NCBI GenBank assembly: GCA_031555315.1
Contig: JAVBUO010000001.1
Coordinates: 6,275 to 70,274 of the forward strand
Source: Acetobacteraceae bacterium
GTDB taxonomy: Bacteria > Pseudomonadota > Alphaproteobacteria > Acetobacterales > Acetobacteraceae
Reading direction: 5' to 3'
DNA: 64,000 nucleotides
The notes below the pieces were generated by a model. It had not been told where the DNA came from. It was given only the letters and a program-made list of their open reading frames with translations, and ran no database searches. The position numbers and the translations under genes are program-made. The first letter of the stretch is position 1, and every line of letters begins with the position of its first letter. This document shows, piece after piece, positions 46,393 through 55,154 of the stretch.

Positions 46393-47673
46393 ATGGCATC
46401 CGGTTTTTCCCGCAGGTCGCGTGGCAACGGGCTGGATGCCTGGCCCGGTTACGTGGATGCACTGTCGGTCCTGCTGATGGTGATCGTCTTCGTGCTGCTG
46501 GTGTTCGTCAGTGCACAGGGTTTTCTGACCGCCGCTCTGTCGGGGCGCGATCGCGCGCTCGACCGTCTGAACCAGCAGATCTCGGAACTGACCGAGGTAC
46601 TGGCACTCGAACGCGGCCAGTCCGAAGAACTGCGCCTGTCGCTCGCCCAGTTGACGCGTGACCTGCAAAGCGTAACCGACGCCCGCGACACGCTGAACCG
46701 GCAGATCGCGGCCTTGCGCGCCGAGCAGGCCGCCACAGCGAGCGAACGCGACACATTGCGCAGCGAACGCGATACCCTGCACGGGCAGCTCTCGGACGCC
46801 ACCACACAGATGCAGGCGGCCAGCGAGCGCGCGGCACAGTTGGAAGAAACCCTGACCACGACGCGCGAACAGGCCGAATCCCAGGCGCGCGAGGCCGCCA
46901 GCCTGGCCGAGCAGGTGCGCGCCCTGACCGCCCTGCGCGACGAGCTTGAACGCGCAGCGCAGGATGCTGCCGCCCGCGACATGACCGACGAGGACCGTCA
47001 GGCCGCCCTCAACGCACAGCTCGCCGAGGAACGCCGTCTGTCGGAAAGCGCGCGCGCCCAGGTCGCGTTGCTGAACCGGCAGATGGACGAGCTGCGCGCC
47101 CAACTGGTGCAGATATCGGCGGCGCTCGAAGCCGCGGAAAACGCCGACCGGGAAAAGGAAGTCCAGATCGCCAATCTCGGCAGCCGCCTGAACGCGGCGC
47201 TGGCCCAACGTGTCGAGGAACTGCAGCGTTACCGGTCCGACTTTTTCGGCCGGCTGCGCGACGTGCTCGGCAACCGTCCGGGCGTGCAGATCGTCGGCGA
47301 CCGTTTCGTGTTCCAGAGCGAGGTACTGTTCCCGTCCGGCAGCGCCGAACTCAGCGAGGCCGGTCAGGAACAGATCCGCCAACTGGCCGCCACGCTGAAA
47401 GAACTGATCACCCAACTGCCAGCTGATCTGCCCTGGGTGCTGCGCGTCGACGGGCACGCCGACCGCACACCGGTGTCGCGGGGTTTTGCCTCGAACTGGG
47501 AACTGTCCACCCAGCGCGCGATCAATGTCGTGAAGCTGCTGGTCGCCGAGGGGATTCCCGCCAACCGCCTGGCCGCCGCCGGGTTCGGCGAATTCCAGCC
47601 GGTCGATGCTGCCAACACGCTGGAAGCCTTCGCGCGCAACCGCCGTATCGAACTGCGGCTGACGGATCGCTGA
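46393..47673 (+). CDS. MotB-like protein: TM helix with conserved Asp, about 250-aa coiled coil, OmpA/MotB peptidoglycan-binding domain
   Basis: ORF 46393..47673. N-terminus WPGYVDALSVLLMVIVFVLLVF, followed by heptad-rich Q/E/R/A/L sequence. C-terminus FQSEVLFPSGSAEL...NWELSTQRAINVVKLL...NRRIELRL. Confidence 0.8.
   Translation: MASGFSRRSRGNGLDAWPGYVDALSVLLMVIVFVLLVFVSAQGFLTAALSGRDRALDRLNQQISELTEVLALERGQSEELRLSLAQLTRDLQSVTDARDTLNRQIAALRAEQAATASERDTLRSERDTLHGQLSDATTQMQAASERAAQLEETLTTTREQAESQAREAASLAEQVRALTALRDELERAAQDAAARDMTDEDRQAALNAQLAEERRLSESARAQVALLNRQMDELRAQLVQISAALEAAENADREKEVQIANLGSRLNAALAQRVEELQRYRSDFFGRLRDVLGNRPGVQIVGDRFVFQSEVLFPSGSAELSEAGQEQIRQLAATLKELITQLPADLPWVLRVDGHADRTPVSRGFASNWELSTQRAINVVKLLVAEGIPANRLAAAGFGEFQPVDAANTLEAFARNRRIELRLTDR
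46741..46782 (+). repeat. In-frame 21-bp tandem duplication (one heptad) inside the coiled-coil region
   Basis: AGCGAACGCGACACATTGCGC / AGCGAACGCGATACCCTGCAC, 17 of 21 identical. Encodes SERDTLR / SERDTLH. Confidence 0.8.
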
Positions 47674-48297
47674 ATGGTGCACATCGTCGACCATCCCCTC
47701 GCCCAGGCGAAACTCACCCGGTTGCGCCGGATCGACACGACGACACCGGCATTCCGGCATACGCTGCGTGAACTCGCCACATTTCTGGCCATCGAAGTGA
47801 CCCGCGATCTGCCGATCACCCATACGCCGGTCACCACCCCCGTCGCGCCGATGATGGCGCCGGTGCTGGCCGCGCCGATCCCGTGTCTGGTGTCGATCCT
47901 GCGCGCCGGCGAAGGGCTGCTGGAAGGGTTCCTCGACGTTCTCGACGATGCACCGGTCGCGCATATCGGTGCATACCGCGACCATGCCACGCTGGAAGCC
48001 GTCGAGTATTACTTCAAGGCTCCTTCCGATATCGCCCAGCGCGGCGCCATCGTGATCGACCCGATGCTGGCGACCGGCAATACCGCGGTGGCCGCCGTCG
48101 CCCGCCTGAAAAAGGCCGGTGTTCACAACATCCGCTTCGCCTCGGTGCTGGCCGCACCCGAGGGCGTGCGCGCTCTGGCCGCAACACACCCGGATGTTGA
48201 AATCTGGACCATATCGCTCGACGAGCGCCTGAACGAGAACGGCTATATCGTCCCCGGCCTCGGCGACGCGGGCGACCGCGCGTTCGGAACCCTCTGA
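47674..48297 (+). CDS. upp: Uracil phosphoribosyltransferase
   Basis: ORF 47674..48297. Motifs ILRAGEG, VIDPMLATGNT and YIVPGLGDAGDR. The ATG directly abuts the preceding stop. Confidence 0.95.
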   Translation: MVHIVDHPLAQAKLTRLRRIDTTTPAFRHTLRELATFLAIEVTRDLPITHTPVTTPVAPMMAPVLAAPIPCLVSILRAGEGLLEGFLDVLDDAPVAHIGAYRDHATLEAVEYYFKAPSDIAQRGAIVIDPMLATGNTAVAAVARLKKAGVHNIRFASVLAAPEGVRALAATHPDVEIWTISLDERLNENGYIVPGLGDAGDRAFGTL

Positions 48298-48339
48298 CGC
48301 ACAGCAATGCTGCGGGTCGCCCATATCTGGAAAACGCCT

Positions 48340-48635
48340 TCTGCGCTTTTGCAGCATGCAGATGGCGGCAAGAAAACCGTGAACTCCCTCAAGGAAATAG
48401 CCGCAGCCAGGGGCTGTACACCGGCGCAACCCGCCGTTTCCTGGCTCCCTCCCGCGGCGATGATATCGTCCCGTTGCTCGGTATGAGCCGACGCACCCGC
48501 GTGCCTGAAAACCTCCAGGTTCTTGACATCGTTCTTACTGCCAGGGAACTAGATGCACTGGACCGAGCCTTCGCACCGGGCGCCATCAAGGGAGACCGCT
48601 ATCCCGAGATGGTCATAAACCTCGCGGCGCGCTGA
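48340..48635 (+). pseudogene. 3' remnant of an aldo/keto reductase gene (N-terminal two thirds missing, at least one frameshift)
   Basis: Hand translation in one frame gives ...SLKEIAAARGCTPAQ. After a shift the next frame gives RGDDIVPLLGMSRRTRVPENLQVLDIVLTARELDALDRAFAPGAIKGDRYPEMVINLAAR*. This is the classic AKR C-terminus. There is no start and no catalytic N-terminal part. The left boundary is approximate. Confidence 0.65.
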
Positions 48636-48676
48636 GAAGACGAACCACCCATGAACCTTTGCAGGAAACATCCCTT

Positions 48677-49201
48677 ATGCCTCTGAAACCCATTTCTCCG
48701 CAGGCCGCGCAGACGCTTCTCGATCAGGGTGCGATTCTGATCGATATCCGCACCGCCGACGAACACGCCCGCGAACGGATCGCCCAGGCCCGGCGCGTAT
48801 CGGTCGATCAGGCGGCCGGCGGTGCGTTATCCGCCGAGGTTGCGTCGGCCGTCATCTTCCACTGCCGCTCCGGCAACCGCACGCAGATCAACGCCCAGAT
48901 ACTCGGCACCTGCACGGTCCGCGACGCCTATATGCTCGAAGGCGGGCTGGATGCCTGGAAGAAGGCCGGGCTGCCGGTGATAACCGACGCCTCCCAACCG
49001 CTGGAGCTGCAGCGCCAGGTACAGATTGCCGCAGGTTCGATCATCCTGCTCGGTGTGATTCTGGGGGCGACGGTTTCGCCATGGTTTTACGCCCTGTCGG
49101 GTTTCGTCGGGGCAGGTCTGATATTTGCCGGTATCTCGGGCTTCTGCGGTCTGGCCCGCGTGCTCGCGAAGATGCCGTGGAACCGCAGGGCCGCGGCGTG
49201 A
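48677..49201 (+). CDS. Rhodanese-domain protein with C-terminal DUF2892-like membrane domain (YgaP-like)
   Basis: ATG 48677 inside ORF 48659..49201 (48659 is TTG). Active-site loop FHCRSGNRT and two C-terminal TM helices. Confidence 0.8.
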   Translation: MPLKPISPQAAQTLLDQGAILIDIRTADEHARERIAQARRVSVDQAAGGALSAEVASAVIFHCRSGNRTQINAQILGTCTVRDAYMLEGGLDAWKKAGLPVITDASQPLELQRQVQIAAGSIILLGVILGATVSPWFYALSGFVGAGLIFAGISGFCGLARVLAKMPWNRRAAA

Positions 49202-49208
49202 AGCCGGG

Positions 49209-49754
49209 TTACAGCGCCTGCCCGTGCACCTTGCGGCGCAGTTCCTCGACACGTGATCGGCCGTTCTCCATGCGCGGATAAATCTCCAGCGCCGCTTCCA
49301 GCGCCCGCAATGCCGCAGGCAGGTCGTGCCGCTCCTCGTTCAAGCGGGAAAGCAGATCCAGTGCCGCGAAATGCCGGGCATCGCGGCGTAATACCTGCTG
49401 AATGTCGAGCATCGCGTTGTCGATCTCGCCCAGCCCGGCATAGGCCTGCGCGCGTCTGTACCAGGCATCCACACAATCGGGCGACAAATCGACCGCCGCC
49501 GTGAAATCCGCTGCGGCATCGCCCCACGCCTCTGCTTCCATGTTACGCAGACCGCGCTGGATCAGCAGCGCCGCCGCCGGGGACGCCGCACTCTGCCATG
49601 CCGTCCAGATGCGTTCGGCGACCAGACTGGCCGCATCGTCGGTTTCAGCCGCCTTCAGCGTGGCGTACAACTGCGTCAGATCCGCGGCGCGTCCCTGCGC
49701 CTGCACCAGCACCGGCGCGCAAAGCGCGGCCCCAAAAGCGATCCACGTCTTCAT
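49209..49754 (-). CDS. Secreted TPR-repeat protein
   Basis: ORF 49209..49754. Signal peptide MKTWIAFGAALCAPVLVQAQG and TPR-like AWYRRAQAYAGLGEIDNAMLDIQQVL. ATGA overlap with the glcF stop. Confidence 0.75.
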   Translation of the reverse strand: MKTWIAFGAALCAPVLVQAQGRAADLTQLYATLKAAETDDAASLVAERIWTAWQSAASPAAALLIQRGLRNMEAEAWGDAAADFTAAVDLSPDCVDAWYRRAQAYAGLGEIDNAMLDIQQVLRRDARHFAALDLLSRLNEERHDLPAALRALEAALEIYPRMENGRSRVEELRRKVHGQAL

Positions 49755-51046
49755 GCGGCCTTGTTTCGCACCCCCGCAAGGGCCTCGGGCTCCGGCCCGC
49801 CTGCCATCCAGTCCAGCAGTTCCACCGTGTGTACGACCGGTATGCCGTCTCCGGAAAGTTGCATCATGCAGCCGATGTTACCGGCGGCGATCAGGTCCGG
49901 ATTTTTGCGCTTCAGCGTTTCCAGCTTGCGAGCCCGCAACTGGCCGGACAGTTCGGGTTGCAACATATTGTAAGTTCCGGCCGAGCCGCAGCACAGATGC
50001 GGATCCACCGGTTCCACCACCTCGAAACCGGCGGCCTTCAGCAGCGCCTTCGGTTCCACCGTTACCTTCTGTCCGTGTTGCAGACTGCATGCGGCATGGT
50101 ACGCCACCGTCAACCCTGGTACTTCACGGCTGGGCGTGTAGTTGCTGCGCGCCAGGAATTCGCTGATGTCCATCGCCAGTGCCGATACCTTCTCGGCCTT
50201 CTCGCGAATGGCTTCGTCTTCGGTGCGGAACATGAAACCATAATCCTTCACCGTGGTGCCGCAGCCCGACGTGTTGATGATCACCGCGTCCAGCCCGGCA
50301 CCCTCGATCTCGCGCGACCAGGCCTCGATGTTGTGGCGCGCGAACGCCATCGCGGAATCATGCTTGCCCATATGATGGGTCAGAGCGCCGCAGCAGCCGG
50401 CTTCCGCCGGCACCACCACCTCGACCCCCATGCGCGCCAGCAGCCGGTGTGTGGCGGCGTTGATCCCGGGGTCCAGCACGGTCTGCGCACAACCGGCCAG
50501 CAGCGCCACGCGTGCGCGCGGTTTCTCGACCGGCACGATATCCGGCACGGCCTGCGCCGGCAGCGTTGCGGGCATCAGCTCCATCATCGCACGCAGACGC
50601 CGCGGCATCAGCGCGCGGAACGGCCGCGCCAGCCGCCCCAGCCGCAACGCCCGGCGAAAACGCTGCGGATACGGCAATATCCACGCCAGCAGCGCGCGTA
50701 TCATCCGGTCCGTCAAAGGGCGCTTGTAGGTTTCCTCGATATGCCGGCGCGCATGATCGACCAGATGCATGTAGTTCACACCAGACGGGCACGTCGTCAT
50801 GCAAGCCAGACACGACAGGCAGCGATCGACATGCCGCACCACCTGCTCGGTGGCCGGTTCGCCGCGCTCCAGCATGTTCTTGATCAGATAGATGCGCCCG
50901 CGCGGAGAATCCAGCTCGTCGCCCAGCAGCACAAAGGTCGGGCACGTCGCCGTGCAGAATCCGCAATGCACGCAGGTGCGCAGAATGTTGTTGGCGACCG
51001 CGATCGCCGGATCCTTGAGCTGTTCAGAGGTGAAGCTGGTCTGCAT
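49751..51046 (-). CDS. glcF: Glycolate oxidase iron-sulfur subunit
   Basis: Internal ATG 51046 of ORF 49751..51199. Motifs CVHCGFCTATCP and CLSCLACMTTCP plus CCG domains. 1-nt TGATG overlap with glcE. Confidence 0.9.
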   Translation of the reverse strand: MQTSFTSEQLKDPAIAVANNILRTCVHCGFCTATCPTFVLLGDELDSPRGRIYLIKNMLERGEPATEQVVRHVDRCLSCLACMTTCPSGVNYMHLVDHARRHIEETYKRPLTDRMIRALLAWILPYPQRFRRALRLGRLARPFRALMPRRLRAMMELMPATLPAQAVPDIVPVEKPRARVALLAGCAQTVLDPGINAATHRLLARMGVEVVVPAEAGCCGALTHHMGKHDSAMAFARHNIEAWSREIEGAGLDAVIINTSGCGTTVKDYGFMFRTEDEAIREKAEKVSALAMDISEFLARSNYTPSREVPGLTVAYHAACSLQHGQKVTVEPKALLKAAGFEVVEPVDPHLCCGSAGTYNMLQPELSGQLRARKLETLKRKNPDLIAAGNIGCMMQLSGDGIPVVHTVELLDWMAGGPEPEALAGVRNKAA

Positions 51047-52251
51047 CAGTCGCTTCCCTTCACGGCCGGGCGTGCAAATACATTGTCCGGGTCCAGCGCC
51101 GCCTGTACGCGCGCTGCGATCCGCGCCAGCGGTTCCGGTTCCGGCGGGATCACCGCCACAGCCCCGCGCAGCGTATCCGGAGCACGCCACAGCGCCCACG
51201 TGCCGCCCGCCAGCGCCGCCGCCGCCGAGATCGCCGTGTGCACCGCGACCGTCGCCGGCCCGGCGATCCAGACCAGCCCGCCGCCCCAGTCCATAAAGCC
51301 GCGCGCCCCCAGCGCGGGTAGCGCCGCCATGACATCCGGCCCCGAAGACGGCCGCACCGAGACACGCCAGATCGCCTCGTCACCGTCCGGCGCCAGCGGC
51401 AACGCATCGCGCACCGCATGCCAGATCGCCTGGTTCTTCTGCGGGTCGGTCAGCAGCGTCGCCTCGCCGAAATGCCTCAGGCCGTCCTGCAGACGCGCGC
51501 TGCGATAGGCGACGGATTCCGTAAAATCCTCAAGACGCAGCAGAGTGACGGAAGTGCCCAGCCCGATATGCGCGGCCGCCTCGACGGGCAGATACGCCGC
51601 CCCGCTCACGCCGTACGGCGAGCCCAGCCCGGCCGACAATGCCGCCACCGCCGATGCCGCATCCTGGCGGGGAATCATCACCGTCGCGCTCGCCTGCGCA
51701 GCGGGCAGCACCTTCAGCGTGATCTCGCTCAGCACCGCCAGCGTGCCGTAACTGCCGGTCAGCAGCTTGCACAGATCGAGCCCGGTGACATTCTTCAGCA
51801 CGCGCCCGCCGGAACGGATCACCTCGCCCAGACCGTTGACGGCGCGGATGCCGAGCACGTGATCGCGCGTCGCGCCCAGCGCGATGCGGCGCGGGCCGGA
51901 CAGATTGCACGCGACGATCCCACCCAGCGTCTGCGCACCGCCACGGAACATCCAGGAAAAATCCGGCGGCTCCGAAATCAGCTGCTGGCCCTTTTCCGCC
52001 AGTGCCGCCTCGATCGTGCGCAATTCGGTTCCCGCATGCGCCGACAGCACCAGCTCCTGCGGCGAATACAGCGAGATTCCCGCATGGTTTCGCGTCGACA
52101 GGATACGCGCTGCGGTCTTCGCATACAGCATGCCGCGCTTGCTGCCATTGCCTTCAATCGCCAGCGTGGACCCGGCGGCGCGCGCATCGCGCACCCGCGC
52201 GGCAATCGCGGCTTCGTCGGCGGGCGTTTCGATCTGCATCGTACCGGTCAT
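51046..52251 (-). CDS. glcE: Glycolate oxidase FAD-binding subunit
   Basis: Internal ATG 52251 of ORF 51046..52419. FAD_binding_4-like sequence. ATGA overlap with the glcD stop. Confidence 0.85.
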   Translation of the reverse strand: MTGTMQIETPADEAAIAARVRDARAAGSTLAIEGNGSKRGMLYAKTAARILSTRNHAGISLYSPQELVLSAHAGTELRTIEAALAEKGQQLISEPPDFSWMFRGGAQTLGGIVACNLSGPRRIALGATRDHVLGIRAVNGLGEVIRSGGRVLKNVTGLDLCKLLTGSYGTLAVLSEITLKVLPAAQASATVMIPRQDAASAVAALSAGLGSPYGVSGAAYLPVEAAAHIGLGTSVTLLRLEDFTESVAYRSARLQDGLRHFGEATLLTDPQKNQAIWHAVRDALPLAPDGDEAIWRVSVRPSSGPDVMAALPALGARGFMDWGGGLVWIAGPATVAVHTAISAAAALAGGTWALWRAPDTLRGAVAVIPPEPEPLARIAARVQAALDPDNVFARPAVKGSD

Positions 52252-53666
52252 GACAGCGGAAACACCTTGGCCGGATTCAAAAGCCAATCGGGGTCGAACG
52301 CCGATTTGATACGCTTCTGCTGCGCCAGTTCGACGGCATTGAACTGCACCGGCATCAGATCGCGTTTCTCGACGCCCACCCCGTGTTCGCCGGTCAGGCA
52401 GCCGCCGACCTCGACACACAGTTTCAGGATATCGGCGCCGAAGGCTTCCGCCTTGCGGAAACTCTCGGGGTCGTTGGCGTCGAACATGATCAGCGGATGC
52501 AGATTGCCATCACCCGCATGAAAGACGTTGGCGACTTTCAGCCCGTACTGATCGCTCATCTCGCCGATGCGCTTCAATGTATCGGGCAGGCGCGAGGTCG
52601 GGATGGTGCCATCCATGCACAGATAATCGGGGCTGATCCGCCCGACCGCACCGAACGCACCCTTGCGCCCTTTCCAGATCGCCGCCGACTGTTCCGCCGT
52701 TTCGGCCACTTTCATGCTGGTCGGGTTGAATTGCGCGCAGATCGCACGGATGCGGTCCAACAGCATGTCCTGTTCGGCAATCGATCCTTCAACCTCGATG
52801 ATCAGCAGCGCCTCGGCGTCCATCGGATAACCGGCATGGGCGAACGCCTCGCAGGCGTGGATACATGGCTTGTCCATGAATTCCAGCGCCACCGGGATAA
52901 TACCCGAACCGATGATCGCATCGACCGCGCGCCCCGCCGTTTCGATCGCGTCGAACGCCGCCAGCATGGCGCGCGCTCCCTCGGCGGCGCGCAGGATGCG
53001 CACCGTTACCTCGGTGACGATCGCCAGTTGCCCTTCGCTGCCGGTCAGCAGGCCCAGCCAGTCGTAGCCCGGCGTGTCGAGATGCTCGCCGCCGATCTGC
53101 ACCACGTCGCCCTCGACGGTGACGATCCTCAGCCCCAGAAGATTGTTCGCGGTGACGCCGTATTTCAGACAGTGCGCGCCGCCCGAATTCATCGCCACGT
53201 TGCCGCCGATCATGCAGGCCAGCTGGCTGGACGGGTCGGGCGCGTAGAAGAAATTGTCGGCCTCCATCGCCTTGGTGATGCCGATATTGGTGACGCCGGC
53301 TTCCACCGTCGCGCAGCGGTTCCCGTAATCGATCTTGATGATGTGGTTCATCTTCATCAGGCCGATCACCACCGCATCTTCCAGCGGCAGTGCGCCGCCG
53401 CACAGGCTGGTGCCTGCGCCGCGCGGGATCACCCGCACACCCATCCGATGACAATAACGCATCACCGATGCCACCTGTTCGGTGTTTTCCGGCAGCACCA
53501 CCGCCAGCGGGATCTGCCGGTAGGCCGACAGGCCATCGGTCTCGTACGGACGCAGGCGGGTTTCCTCGTTGATGACGTTGGCGGCCGGCAGCAGTGCGCG
53601 CAATCCCGCCAGGATTTCGTCGCGCCGGGTCAGCACGTCCTGTTTGGGTTCAGGTAAGGCGAGCAT
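52248..53666 (-). CDS. glcD: Glycolate oxidase subunit GlcD (FAD-linked oxidase)
   Basis: ORF 52248..53666. Motifs VIPRGAGTSLCGGALP and GTIPTSRLP. Strong SD GGAGAGGAAG upstream. Confidence 0.9.
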   Translation of the reverse strand: MLALPEPKQDVLTRRDEILAGLRALLPAANVINEETRLRPYETDGLSAYRQIPLAVVLPENTEQVASVMRYCHRMGVRVIPRGAGTSLCGGALPLEDAVVIGLMKMNHIIKIDYGNRCATVEAGVTNIGITKAMEADNFFYAPDPSSQLACMIGGNVAMNSGGAHCLKYGVTANNLLGLRIVTVEGDVVQIGGEHLDTPGYDWLGLLTGSEGQLAIVTEVTVRILRAAEGARAMLAAFDAIETAGRAVDAIIGSGIIPVALEFMDKPCIHACEAFAHAGYPMDAEALLIIEVEGSIAEQDMLLDRIRAICAQFNPTSMKVAETAEQSAAIWKGRKGAFGAVGRISPDYLCMDGTIPTSRLPDTLKRIGEMSDQYGLKVANVFHAGDGNLHPLIMFDANDPESFRKAEAFGADILKLCVEVGGCLTGEHGVGVEKRDLMPVQFNAVELAQQKRIKSAFDPDWLLNPAKVFPLS

Positions 53667-53740
53667 CTTCCTCTCCCCCCCTTCATGTTATTTCAATATA
53701 CAGGCTTAGGATGAGCACCGGTTTTTGCCAAGAGCAAGCA

Positions 53741-53780
53741 CAACAAAACAGAAAACCACGCCCCGGCGAACGGAGCGTGG
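53741..53780 (-). terminator. Intrinsic terminator of rpmJ
   Basis: On the minus strand: CCACGCUCC-GUUCGCC-GGGGCGUGG (9 bp including one G-U) followed by UUUUCUGUUUUGUUG. Confidence 0.8.
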
Positions 53781-53819
53781 CTTAAATGCCGGAAAAACAA
53801 GCGTTAAAGGCGCGGACGA

Positions 53820-53945
53820 TCAGCCCTGACGCACCTTCATACGCGGGTTCTTCTTGTTAATCACGTAGACACGGCCATGGCGACGCACCACACGATTGTC
53901 CTTGTCGCGAATCTTGGCCGATTTCAGGCTGTTTCTGATCTTCAT
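53820..53945 (-). CDS. rpmJ: 50S ribosomal protein L36 (Cys-less type)
   Basis: Last 41 codons of ORF 53820..54185: [41 protein letters not shown]. Confidence 0.9.
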   Translation of the reverse strand: MKIRNSLKSAKIRDKDNRVVRRHGRVYVINKKNPRMKVRQG

Positions 53946-54026
53946 CACACGCACTCTGAATTTGAAGGGCCGGTTATTAAGGATCGGGGCTGGCGCTGTC
54001 AACAGAAAGAGCCGTAAAACCATACC

Positions 54027-54437
54027 ATGAACGAACGGAATTCCTCGGGTTTCGGCATCTGGGCCGGCTTTCTGGTGGCCTGTTTTGCCGTCGTCGCCCT
54101 GATCGGGGCCTTCGCCACCTATGCCGTGGCCCTGCCGCACGAGCGTTGGGCAATCCGCGAGCAAGCGCTGCAAACGGCGGAACACCTGATCCGGACCAAT
54201 GCCCCGGCCACCGAACTGGCGGCCCTGCGCCCCGGGCTCGCGACCGCCGCCGCCGCGCTCGATGCCCCCGACCCGCTGGCGGCGCTGCAGGTTGCCCGCG
54301 CTGAAAGCAGGACGCTTTCTCTGCGCGAAGTGGCAGCCATTCAGACCCGAATACGAATCCTGCTGGCCATCGCCACGCTGATGGCCGCCGGATTCGGGAT
54401 CGTCATCCTACGCATTGCCGGATCCGGACGGCGCTAG
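54027..54437 (+). CDS. Hypothetical two-TM membrane protein
   Basis: ORF 54027..54437. N- and C-terminal TM helices flank an Ala-rich helical region. No family recognised. Confidence 0.5.
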   Translation: MNERNSSGFGIWAGFLVACFAVVALIGAFATYAVALPHERWAIREQALQTAEHLIRTNAPATELAALRPGLATAAAALDAPDPLAALQVARAESRTLSLREVAAIQTRIRILLAIATLMAAGFGIVILRIAGSGRR

Positions 54438-55088
54438 CCGCGCTTCGATCGCCGCCACCGCCGGCGCTTCCAGCCGCAGCCGCGCCGCCAGCCGGTTCAG
54501 CCAGTCGCGTTCCATCGCCTCCGCAACGCCTATTGTGGCAAAAGCTGCCGCATAGACCTGCGCCGCCAGCATCGGGTCGCGTACCGCACGGCCGATCTCG
54601 TCGATCGAGATCGGGTTTTGCAGCTCGTTCAGTACGAAATCACGCTCATTCTCGCCCAGCCCCGCGGCATCGAGCTGCGTGGTAACATGGGCACGTTCTG
54701 TGGCATCCAACACCCCATCGGCCTTGGCTGCCGCGATCGCGACGCGCAGCAGCAGCATCGATTCGCTCGAATCGGACGATCCCGCCGGAGCCGATGGGAC
54801 CGGTGCCTCTGCCTGCGTCCAGGGGGAATGGCCGGTCTGTGGCACGCTGCGCGCCGGGCCTGGAACGGGGCGCGCGCCCTGCGGCGGGCGCTGCGGTCCT
54901 GGAGACGATTCTGACGAGCGTGTCATGTAATCTACCAGCGCCTTGGCGCCGACGCTCAAAACGGTGCCCAGAATGGAACTGGCCCCCCGCGAGGTGCCGT
55001 AGCCAATTGATCGAGTCGTCCGCCTTTGGGAACGCGCCCTGCCCCCCAGCACGGCCCCTAGCATTCGCTCGATTTCCCGTTTGTCCAT
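54408..55088 (-). CDS. DUF533 / TerB-like protein
   Basis: ORF 54408..55088. C-terminal half LLLRVAIAAAKADGVLDATERAHV...QVYAAAFATIGV...ERDWLNRLAARLRL is typical of DUF533 (YebE-like). Confidence 0.75.
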   Translation of the reverse strand: MDKREIERMLGAVLGGRARSQRRTTRSIGYGTSRGASSILGTVLSVGAKALVDYMTRSSESSPGPQRPPQGARPVPGPARSVPQTGHSPWTQAEAPVPSAPAGSSDSSESMLLLRVAIAAAKADGVLDATERAHVTTQLDAAGLGENERDFVLNELQNPISIDEIGRAVRDPMLAAQVYAAAFATIGVAEAMERDWLNRLAARLRLEAPAVAAIEARLAPSGSGNA

Positions 55089-55154
55089 CAGCTGTGTCTC
55101 CGTTCTGCCCCAAAATCCTGATCTGGGGCCGGGTCCATCTACTCAAAAAAAGGG

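Noticed and set aside
44585-47673. Calling the MotA/MotB-like operon a Zorya anti-phage system.
   Set aside because: Zorya needs ZorC/ZorD, ZorE or ZorF/G partners, and a ZorA with a very long tail. Here the neighbours are suhB and upp, no nuclease/helicase-type gene is present, and the long coiled coil sits on the MotB-like subunit. The resemblance is limited to stator-family membership.
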